Virus record (IMG/VR): IMGVR_UViG_3300036803_000072
Location: 13,314-77,313 of that record
DNA length: 64,000 bases
Direction: 5' to 3' (one strand)
Source of the DNA: a virus
Lineage: Duplodnaviria > Caudoviricetes
Position 1 is the stretch's first letter, and every line of letters begins with the position of its first letter. This document shows positions 1 to 9,400 of this stretch, piece by piece. The position numbers and the translations under genes were made by a program. Under the pieces are notes generated by a model. It was given only the letters and a program-made list of their open reading frames with translations. It had not been told where the DNA came from and did not search any database.

Positions 1-588
1 CGAGGCGCCGTCAGCGACAGCACCGAGGGTCATCCACAATGGCGCATTCACATGAGCGGCGTTGGTGTTGCTCGCGTAGCTCACCGTGCCATCGCCGTTG
101 TCGGTCACCATCCTGTGACCGGACAGCGCACCCCGGGCAGTCGAGCTCAGAATGACTCCCCGACCGTTTCCCACAGTAGTGGGTTTCCAGGTGGAGCCGT
201 CAAAGCCCAGGAACTGTCCCGCCGAAGCCCCGGCGGTAGTGACATCACTCAGCGAACCAAGGCTCATCCCCCCGGCTCCCGGCGAGGAGACGGGAACGAT
301 CAACCGATCTCGAAGTCGCTGTGTAGTCGGAGTATCAGCAACGGTGGCCGTGTATCTCGCCACCTCCAATTCCCGCACAACGTAGTATGTCGTGCCCTCA
401 TAGGCTGACTGGGGAGGCAGATCTACCTGCCAACGCCCATTCCCGTCCGTGGTACCCACCCAGAAGGCTCCCGGGGGGGATTCTCGGTCACCGCTGGCCG
501 ACCACAAACCAACTAGCTCGACAGTCACCCGGCCGCCAACCACCGGATCACCTGCGGCATTGACCAGGACATTGGTCAACGTAGGCAT
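1..588 (-). CDS. Probable virion structural protein (partial, runs off the left edge)
   Basis: Manual translation from ATG 588 is open to position 1 (MPTLTNVLVNAAGDPVVGGRVTVEL...TTDGNGRWQVDLP...GQFLGFDGSTWKP); GGTGAG upstream; follows the capsid genes. Missing from the ORF track because it has no stop in the window. Confidence 0.65.
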   Translation of the reverse strand, partial: MPTLTNVLVNAAGDPVVGGRVTVELVGLWSASGDRESPPGAFWVGTTDGNGRWQVDLPPQSAYEGTTYYVVRELEVARYTATVADTPTTQRLRDRLIVPVSSPGAGGMSLGSLSDVTTAGASAGQFLGFDGSTWKPTTVGNGRGVILSSTARGALSGHRMVTDNGDGTVSYASNTNAAHVNAPLWMTLGAVADGAS

Positions 589-605
589 GTCTCACCGATC
601 TGCGA

Positions 606-637
606 ACGCCCGGCGCGGAGGGTGTCGCGCCGGGCGT
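606..637. terminator. GC-rich hairpin between the decoration gene and the next gene
   Basis: 12-bp perfect inverted repeat ACGCCCGGCGCG / CGCGCCGGGCGT with an 8-nt loop; no clear U-tract. Confidence 0.45.
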
Positions 638-643
638 CGCCCG

Positions 644-1120
644 TTAGACGTATGTGTAAGCGCCAGTCGCGGTCACGTTGCCGGCGTCATCATTGACCAC
701 CACATCGACCACACCCGTGGCATGCGACGCCGTCACACCGGTGATCGTGGAATCGTTCACGACCTTAAACGTGGTCAACGCGCCACCGCCCACCGTGGCA
801 CCGGTCGCCCCGGCGAAGTGCGTGCCCTTGATCGTCACCGCCGTGCCGCCAGCAGCAGCACCCGTCGCCGGTGAGATCGAGGCGATCGTCGCCGTCGGGT
901 ACAGGAAGTCCAGCTGGGACTGGTCGACCACCTGACCGGCCGCGAACAACTTGCGCCGCTCACCCTCGAACGTCTTGAAATTGTCCCGGTAAGGGTCGTA
1001 ATTGTAGGCCTGATAGATGTCCTCATTGACGGTGACCTTCGTGCTGGGCACGGTGGTCACCTTCGCCTGCAAAGCCGACTTCGACAACTTCGTCGTCCCA
1101 TCGGCCGCGTAAATGGTCAT
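644..1120 (-). CDS. IPT/TIG (Ig-like) domain protein, probable head decoration protein
   Basis: C-terminal ISPATGAAAGGTAVTIKGTHF...VVNDSTIT...VDVVV IPT/TIG pattern; directly downstream of the capsid gene. Confidence 0.75.
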   Translation of the reverse strand: MTIYAADGTTKLSKSALQAKVTTVPSTKVTVNEDIYQAYNYDPYRDNFKTFEGERRKLFAAGQVVDQSQLDFLYPTATIASISPATGAAAGGTAVTIKGTHFAGATGATVGGGALTTFKVVNDSTITGVTASHATGVVDVVVNDDAGNVTATGAYTYV

Positions 1121-1151
1121 TCGATTATCCTCCTATCAAAGAATCGTTGGA

Positions 1152-2501
1152 TCAGGCACCGATAGCAGCGGCCAGGTTCACCTTCACCATGGAAGCCGGG
1201 CGGTACACCGCAAGACCGAGCCTCTCCTCGGCCAGGACCACGATCGCGTTGCGGATAAAGAAGTCACTGTGCTGGTCGGCCGTGCGAATGTTGGACTGCA
1301 TCCGGTCGAACACCTGCGCACCCAGACCGAAAGCACCCAACAGGGCGGTACCTTCCGGGCACGCTGGGGTCGCCACAACCGGCATCTGCCACAGCGTCTT
1401 CTGTGCACCGGAGATGACCGACCCGGACACCAGGTAACGGCCCTGGTTGTCCTTGGTCAGCTCCATCTTCTCCCAGTCGTACGGGTGCACGACGATGCCC
1501 GTGGGGTCGTACTGGGCGAGCATCACGCGGGTGGCCGCACGGCGGATCGCGTCGACATAGGACTCGAACGCGGGCGGGGTGTAGGCGCCGGAGGGGAACA
1601 GCTGAATACCGGGCGTGTTGAAAATGCCGAGCAGGTTCTGACCCGTGCCGTCACCGAGCAGGATCTGCTCGTCTTCGACCAGGCGCAGGCCGTACATCAG
1701 GCGGGTGTCGATGATGCCGCGCAGCTGCGGCTCGTCATCGAGCACGTTGCGCGACGCAGGCACCCAGTGCGCCAGGGTGCGGATCGGAGTGGTCTTGATG
1801 TCGAAACGGATGTTGGATTTCGGCTTCAGACCGAAGTTGTCGCTAGGTGGGGTGCCTTCTCGTTCGGGCACCATCGCCGCTGCATTGTCGGCCGGGTCGA
1901 CGAACCCCAACTCCTCAATGTATTCGATCATCACCGAGGAGGTGTTCATCTGCGGGAACAGGTCGCGCACCCGCCAGGTGAGCATCGGTGCGGTGACCAT
2001 CGGGGCCCGCTGCACAGTGCCGAAACCGGGGTGCGTCACTACCCCGATGGAGCCGGAGTGCACGTCCTTGTACTGGACGCCGGAGGTGATCTCCATGTCC
2101 TCGACGGTGAACGCCCGGTCCATGAAGCCGGAGTCGCGGTGGCCCTTGAACTCCTCGGACTCAATGAACCGCTGACCGAGGGACTTCTGCTGCATCTGCG
2201 CCGGCACCATTTGCGCCGCGCCGCCTTGAGCCATCGCTACCGGCGCGGTGGCCGGGGCGTCGAGCCACGCGTCGAGCTCGCCCTTGCGTTCGATGGCGGT
2301 GACGGTCTTAAAGACGGTCTCGGCCTGATCGAGCAGACCCTTGTACTGAGTGAACGCCTCGGGCTTGACGTGCATGTTGCCGTCTTTGTCGAGCCACCCG
2401 GACGCGGTGATCTCATCCATCTTGCTGTTCAGAGACTTGATCTCTGCTCGACCACGTGAGACTAGGTCTTTGTCTTCGCGGTCGAGGACTGGCGCTGTCA
2501 T
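1152..2501 (-). CDS. Major capsid protein, HK97 fold
   Basis: ATG 2501 with GAGGAG RBS; N-terminal helical delta-like domain; KSLGQRFIESEEFK, IRTLAHWVPAS, EDEQILLGDG, FIRNAIVVLAEERLGLAVYRP are typical of HK97-family capsids. Confidence 0.93.
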   Translation of the reverse strand: MTAPVLDREDKDLVSRGRAEIKSLNSKMDEITASGWLDKDGNMHVKPEAFTQYKGLLDQAETVFKTVTAIERKGELDAWLDAPATAPVAMAQGGAAQMVPAQMQQKSLGQRFIESEEFKGHRDSGFMDRAFTVEDMEITSGVQYKDVHSGSIGVVTHPGFGTVQRAPMVTAPMLTWRVRDLFPQMNTSSVMIEYIEELGFVDPADNAAAMVPEREGTPPSDNFGLKPKSNIRFDIKTTPIRTLAHWVPASRNVLDDEPQLRGIIDTRLMYGLRLVEDEQILLGDGTGQNLLGIFNTPGIQLFPSGAYTPPAFESYVDAIRRAATRVMLAQYDPTGIVVHPYDWEKMELTKDNQGRYLVSGSVISGAQKTLWQMPVVATPACPEGTALLGAFGLGAQVFDRMQSNIRTADQHSDFFIRNAIVVLAEERLGLAVYRPASMVKVNLAAAIGA

Positions 2502-2659
2502 GCGCTCTCCTCGTGCTCGGTGGGGGAGAGCACGGGGGCAGGCTGAGGCGAGCCCATCGTGCTCTGGACTCGCACCGGTCAGCACCAGGCGCGCGAGCAG
2601 GAGTAGATCACCGAAGGCGGAGATAGCGACGGCGACACGCCGGGCATTACCATGGGCCT

Positions 2660-2863
2660 ATGACAGTCAGGCGAATCGTTGCCGGTGTCGTACTGACAGC
2701 CGTGGCGGTGCTCGTTCCCGTGGCCACGGCGGTGCCGGCATCAGCAGCGTGCGGGGTCACCCCGGGGTTTTGTCCCAACTCGCCAGACACCAGCAACCCG
2801 GACACCGGTGACATCACTCGGGAGAGCTACCCGGCCTGGCACACCGAAGCCGACTGGAGCTAG
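2660..2863 (+). CDS. Small secreted peptide (signal peptide + Cys pair), opposite strand to the head genes
   Basis: MTVRRIVAGVVLTAVAVLVPVATAVPASA resembles a signal peptide ending in A-S-A; TACCAT -10 box 6 nt before the ATG (leaderless type). Confidence 0.6.
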   Translation: MTVRRIVAGVVLTAVAVLVPVATAVPASAACGVTPGFCPNSPDTSNPDTGDITRESYPAWHTEADWS

Positions 2864-3114
2864 TCCAGTACGACACCCAGCACCGGTCTGGTGACCGCGT
2901 CGGTTATCTCCACCCGAATCCCATAAATGGTGGCCGTTCGTACGTCGCTGCCGGGCCACGGTGGCGGGAAGTCCTCGGGCACGTACAGGCGCAGGCAAGT
3001 GGGGGCCAGGTCCCCGATGCCGCAGCCCATCCCCGCAGTGAGCCGCGCCAGCACCGAGAGCAAGGTCAGCGACAGCTGATGCCACTGCGGCGCCATCACC
3101 ATCGGCTCGGCCAT
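2860..3114 (-). CDS. Hypothetical protein
   Basis: 84-aa ORF with GGAG just upstream; same strand as the head genes. Confidence 0.5.
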   Translation of the reverse strand: MAEPMVMAPQWHQLSLTLLSVLARLTAGMGCGIGDLAPTCLRLYVPEDFPPPWPGSDVRTATIYGIRVEITDAVTRPVLGVVLD

Positions 3115-3223
3115 TCAGCTCCAAATCTTGGATCAACTTGGATGGATCTTGGACGTAAAGAGACGGCCCCCTTGGAGCGAGGGCCGTCGGGCCCGGGCTG
3201 CTCACTCGGGCGTGGTACGACTT

Positions 3224-3421
3224 CTACCTTAGCCGGTCCGGGATGAAAGCCAACCCGATCGAATGCTTCCCATCTTCGGGGATCGGTGAACAGCACGCCG
3301 GGCACGGCATGCCCGCTCCGCCGCAGTAACAGGCCGCCGCGCAATCATGAAGATCACCCCACGGCTTGTCGGGGTGGTTCTCGCACACGTGGGCCTGATC
3401 GTGACAGTTCTCGCAGTACAT
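3224..3421 (-). CDS. Small Cys/His-rich protein
   Basis: ATG overlaps the TGA of the giant ORF; MYCENC...CENH...CYCGGAGMPCPACC. Confidence 0.6.
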   Translation of the reverse strand: MYCENCHDQAHVCENHPDKPWGDLHDCAAACYCGGAGMPCPACCSPIPEDGKHSIGLAFIPDRLR

Positions 3422-6400
3422 CAGCCCACCGTCGCCGCTGTGGGCTGCATCTGATACCCGGTGGCGGCCGTAACCCCGCGCGGACCGGCTTTCGACCCGC
3501 ACGACGGGCACGCCGTGGCCTTGCTATCACTACCAACGGGGACCTGGACGTCGTTGCCGCAGGCCGCGCACGGCCACACCTTGTGCATCACTCCGGAAGC
3601 GTCCATGACGTACCGGATGTCGGCGGCCACCGTGTCCGCGTAGGCCTCCTCATCGGGGTCCGGCTTGTCTTCCGGGTCCGGGGTGTCGGACCCCGACGCG
3701 GTTCGGGCCTTGATCTCCACGCCGAGCCGGGCGGCGCGCGACAAATCGAATGCGTCGATCACCATGTCTTCGATGGTCTTCTCCTCGGGCACGAGGTGAC
3801 GCTTCCACACGGCGTCGATCGCCGCCTTGTCCGCCTCTTCTCCCTTGCGAGCCTCCGCCCGGCGGGCTTCCTGGCGCTTCTCCCGTTCGGTGTAGTTCAG
3901 CTTGTAGTCGGACGGGTCGTAGCTGTATCCGCTCCACCGTTGCTGAAGCTGACCACTCCCCGTGCCCCACGGCAGGTCCAGGGCCTGGAGGTCGGCGAGC
4001 AGCGCGGCCGGGTCATCCACTGTCCCGGTCATGCCGGCGGGGCGCACGCTGACCCCGTCGGTGGTCATGAACACCTTCAGGTCACTAGCGTCGCCCATCG
4101 CGCCGAGCGCCCCATCGGGCGACGCGTAGGCCTTCCCGGAGGCTTGCGGGTTGACGAACTTCTGCAACACCACCTTGCCGGCCTTGTTATAGGTGGAACG
4201 GCCCATGTTGCCCACCGCGCGGGCGGCCCTACTGCGGGCCGCTGACACGTTCTCGTCGGCCTGGGTTGCTACCGGCCCGGTCGGTGCGGCCGTGTTCACT
4301 CCGTCGGCTTGGAGTTTCGCCTCCAGCCGGGCCGACTCTGCCCGCGCGGCCTTCAGCTCATCGGTCTTCGGGAAGGCCATCCCCACGCGGGTCTTCATCT
4401 GCGCCACCTCTGAGCGCAGGTGCGCGGCCCGGTCGTGAAAGCGGTCGCGGCGGTTCTCGAAGCTGTGCAAGCTGTACTCGATCTTCGCGATGGTGCCGAC
4501 ACCCAGCTTATTGACGTCCTCTTGCGACATGCCGGTGATCACACCGGGCACGTCCTCAAAGTAGAGGTCGACGTGCATGCGCTGCTCGCGGCCCTGGTAG
4601 GGCTTCGCCATCAGCGTGTGGCCACCGATCTGGGCGACCTGCACCGGGCGGGGCGACCCGTAGGCGTACCGGGCCCGGTCGATGACGTCACCCAGCTTGG
4701 TCTTCAGCTCCGTGGCGGCGTCGGCGCGCTTAGTGACATCCACACCGGCGATGGTGGCCCGGAAGTGATCCCCGCCGATCTCCGTGCGCCTCTTGATCGC
4801 CGCATCCATCACTTTCGCGTCCGCGTCGGCCCCGGCGGCGTTAGCGGTGTAAGACACGATGTCTTTTTCGAGGTTGGTTTGGGTGCGCTTGTGCACCCGT
4901 TCCAATTTCGACAGCTTCGCCACCGACGAGTCGGCCTTCGCTTTGGCCATCAGGTCCATGTTGCCGGTGGCCAGGGCCTTGACCTCGTCATAGGACAGAG
5001 CGGTGTCGCCGACGTCCTCGATCTCCCGGGCGTCGAGGTTCCCGCGCATGATCTGCTCGATGAACTTTTGTTTACGGGCCAGGGTTTGCCACATGTAGGC
5101 GTCGAATGAGCCTTCGGTGACGTACCGGTAGATCCCCACCGTGGTATTGGTGTTGCCCTGGCGCATGATCCGGCCGTCGCGCTGTTCCACATCGGCGGGG
5201 CGCCACGGGGCGTCGAGATGGTGCAGGGCCACCGCACGGCGCTGCACGTTCGTGCCGACCCCCATCTTCTCCGAGGATCCGACGAGCACGGAGATCGAGC
5301 CATTGCGGGCAGCGGCGAACATCTCCGCTTTCTGCACGTCGTTTTTCGCCTCGTGAATGAACCGCACCGACTTAGGGTCCATGCCCCGGGCGGCCAATTC
5401 GTCCCGCAGTTTCGCGTACGCGTTCCACTGCTCGGGATTGCCCGGTGTGCCCATGTCCAGGAACACCAGTTGCATCCCGCCGGGTGGCGGGTCGTCACCG
5501 GCATCAGGATTGTCGAGGTCTTTCGGCACGGGACGGTTTTTGTTGACCAGGTAGATCGCGTGGATCTTGTCGGCCGCGTCCTCGATCTTGCCCGTGGTGT
5601 GCTCGCCACCGACCAGGGCCATGCTCAGCGCGGCCTTGCGGCCATCACCGGAGATCTTGAGCATGTTGTCTTCCTCGGGCAGCACGGTGCGGTTGCGGAC
5701 CGCCTCGGCCCGCTCGCCCAGCTGCGCCACGTAAGCCCGCAGCTCCTCCGAGGGCTGCACCGTGACGTTCTGCACCGCACCGGTCTCCAGGGCCGGGGTC
5801 GGCAGGTTCAGATCCTCAGCGGTCTTGATGTCGGCGAAGACGTGGAACAGGCGCAGCAGCTCAGGCACGTTGCGGAACTTCGCGAATCGCGACGTCTGCC
5901 GGAAACCGATCCCCTCGGGCTTGAGCTCCATCTCCTCGACCACTTGACCGAATGTGGCCGCCCACTGGTCGAACGAATGGATGCCGGCCTCCTCTAGGAG
6001 GTCGGGGCGCATGAACCGTTGCATCACATACATTTGAGTGATGCTGTTGCGGATCGGGGTGCCGGTCGCGAACGTCGCCACCTTGCCCGACTGACTGCTA
6101 GCCCGCAGGTACTCCAATTTCATGTGCAGGTCGGTGGCCCGATCACTGCCCTCGATGGCGGCGCCCTGAATGTTGGACAGGGTCCGCAGGTTCGAGTACA
6201 TGTGCGCCTCATCGACCATGACATGGTCGATGCCGGTCTGGTCGAAGCTGACCCCGACATCCTTCTGCTTGTCGAGCTTCTTTTTCATCGCCTCCTCGGC
6301 GCGGATAACGGCCTTCTCCATTTTCTTGACCGTATTGTCGTGCGCCTTGCCCGACGCTGAGGAGGACTGCATGGCGAGCAGCTGGGCTCGCATCGTGGCG

Positions 6401-9400
6401 AGCTCGCGGTCGATGTAGGCCTTCTGCTGGTCTTTCGACATCGGGATGGCCTCGAACGCGCCCTGGGTGAGGATCACACAGTCCCAGTCGCCGGTGGCGG
6501 CGCGGGCAACGAACTCCCGGCGCCGGTCACCGTCGAGGTCTTTGGTGCCGGCGGCCAGGATCTTCGCCTGCGGGTAGGCCTCCAGGTACTCGCGGGAGAA
6601 CTGTTCGAGCATGTGGTTGGGGACCACGATGCTGGGCTTGTTGGCCAGGCCGAGCCGTTTGAGCTCGGCGCACCCCATGGCCATCTCTAGCGTCTTGCCG
6701 GCGCCCACCACGTGACCGAGTAGCGCGGCCGGTTCGGACACGATCCGTTCCACGGCCGCCACCTGGTGCGGGCGCGGCACTTTGGCGTCCGACATGCCGG
6801 GGAAGGCGCGTTCGGTGCCGTCGTAGCTGCGCAGCACGATCGCATTGAACCGATCGTTGTAGACGCCCTGAAGGCGCCGGGCGCGTGCCGGGTCCTCCCA
6901 CAGCCACTCGCTGAAGCGTTCCTGGATCTCCTCGCCCTTCGCCTGGGCGGCCAGGGTGTCTTCGAGGTTCGGGTAGGACTTGCCATCGATGGTGTCAACG
7001 ACCTTGATAGGTCGCTGCTCCAGCATCGCTTGCACGAGCTCGCCGAAAGACTTGCGGTCCGTGCCCCACTGCTCGGTGGCCGCCTTACCGTAGGACGGGG
7101 CGTCCACCGTCCAGATGCCACCACCGGAGGTGGCCACGTTCACACCGGAGTAGCGATCACTCCCGACGCCCAGCATCTCCTCGATGAACGCTTTGATGTC
7201 GGTCGGGCCGATCCACGCCGCGCCGAGCCGGCCGTCGATCTCGGCCGCACCGAGGTCCTCGGGTACGACTTTCTCCAGGGCCTTGACGTTGGCCTCGAAG
7301 CGCGGGTCGTGCTCCGCTGCGGCTTTGGCGACAGCCAGCTTGCGGCGTACGTTGCCGGACAGGTAGGCCGCTGCCGGCTCCAGGGAACCAGCCTCTTGCA
7401 CAGACTCGCCGACGGTGGACAGGTCTACGTCACCGGCAGTGAGATGGGTGTCGACCAGCAGTCCGCGCGCTTCGGCGTCGGCGGCCACGGCGGCGTTGGT
7501 TTCGGCGTCCGACAGCGGCGGCTGCTCGAAGATCAGGTCACCGAGTTGCGTGCGAGCACCAGCCTCATCGGTGCCCAGCATTTTCGCGATCGCCGGTAGG
7601 TCCACCCGACCGTAGGTGTCCATCGACAGGGCCAGCGCGTCTTTCGGATTGTCCGCCGTGGTCGGGATGACCCTCGGTGCGACCGTCCGCTTAGTGAAGA
7701 TGCTGGTCTTGTGACCCTTGCCGGTCTCCGGGTCGTAGGTTTCCAGCGCGCGCACAGTCGCCGACATCGGGTCGCGGCGGAACCCACCCTGACCGGGGGT
7801 GTTGCGGGCCCCGATCTTGCTCAGGGTGTAGCGGTTGATCGGCCCGTAGCGTTTCGCGTACGCGTCGTACTGGGCATTGAGGTCGGCCCGGAGTTGCTTG
7901 ATCTCCGGTGTGTTCGACACCGACGCGGCCTCAGCGGCGAGCAGTGAGGCCAGGGTGTCGCGCATGCCCATCAGGCCGCGCAACTCCTCTTTCTGCTTCT
8001 CCGGCACCTCGAACGGGACGGCGGCGCCGCCGTTGGCCTGAGTGAAGTTGCCGTCGGCGTCGACCCCGATGTGCCCCTCGTGCCGGGAGGTGTCCGGGTC
8101 GACGAGTGCCCCGTCACCGGCCAGGCGCGGGCTGGACGTCAGGCCCTGTTCTTTCGCGGCGTCGGTGATCCGGGCCAGCGCGTCAGGCAGATCGGCCATG
8201 GACTTGTCACCGATCACCCGGATCTCGCCGGTGCCGTACTGGCCGGGCTCGGCGTGCAGCTCACCGAGGATCTGATCGGGGTGCTCGGTAAAGTAGTCGT
8301 TGACCGGGACTGTCTCGCCGTCGATCTCCCGCTCGCTGGAGTTGATCCAGCCTTGCGGGGTTTGTGGTTCCGCACCCGGCTCCCGGCGCCGGAAAATGAG
8401 AATGTCCTCGATGACCGACGTGCCCGACGCGCGCTGATGGCTACCGGTGGGCAGGCGCACCGCGCCGAGCAGGTCACCCTTCTCGGCCAGGCGCTTGCGC
8501 GCCGCGCTGCCCTTGGAGTCCAGGGTGTAGCGGGAGGTCAGGACGGCGACGATGCCGCCGGGTTTGGTCAGGTCCAGGGATTTGGCGATGAAATGGTTGT
8601 GGATCGAGTCACCGGCGCGGTTGTGCAGCCGGTCGGTGAGCTTGAAGTCCCCGAAGGGGACGTTGCCGATGGTGGCGTCGAAGTGGCCGGTGGGGATGCG
8701 GGTGTCGGCGAAGGACTCGTTGCGGATGGTGGCGTTGGGGTACAGGGCGTGGGCGATGGCGGCGGTGGTGGAGTCGAGCTCCACCCCGACCATGTCGACG
8801 TTGCTCGGTGCGAAGCCGATGAAGTTGCCCGACCCGCTGCCCGGCTCCAACACCCGACCCCCGTCACTGAGGCCGAGATCCTGCACTGCCTTCCACATGG
8901 CCTGTACGGCGGTGGCGTCGGTGTAGTGGGCATTGAGGGTGTTGCGCTTGGCCTCGTTCCACTCCGAGTCGGACAGCAGGCCGCGCAGCTTGTCGCGGTC
9001 GGCCGCGTACTCGGGCTTCAGATCGTCGAAGACCTCAGGCAGGCCACCCCATCCGGCCCACCGGGCGAGGATCGCCTGCTCCTCGGGCGTGGCGGGGCGC
9101 TTGTCTTTTTGCAGCTCCCGCAGGGTTTCCAGGGCGGCGAGGTTGGCGTCGAGCTTCGCTTTCTTACCGGCGGGCGCGAGATCATCCATGCCACCGGGCT
9201 GGAATGACTGGGCGGCGTCGGGGATGGCGTCGACCGCGCCCGGTGTGGCTTCAGGCTGGGCTAGGTCAGGTTCGCCGGCCGGGGCGGCACTACCGGCATC
9301 GCTTCCCGCTGGCTGGCCGTCTGTTCCTGTGTCGCTTGATCCATCAGGAGTTGGAAGTCGCTCAGGGCCTCGGTCAGTTCGTTGTCCTCCGGTGTCGGTT

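Noticed and set aside
1-588. Suspected frameshifts at G/C homopolymers in the leftmost gene
   Set aside because: Recounting the homopolymers shows the frame is continuous from ATG 588 to the edge
1113-2459. 448-aa + strand ORF opposite the capsid gene
   Set aside because: Antisense shadow ORF typical of high-GC genes; no motifs, RBS or promoter, unlike the intein antisense gene
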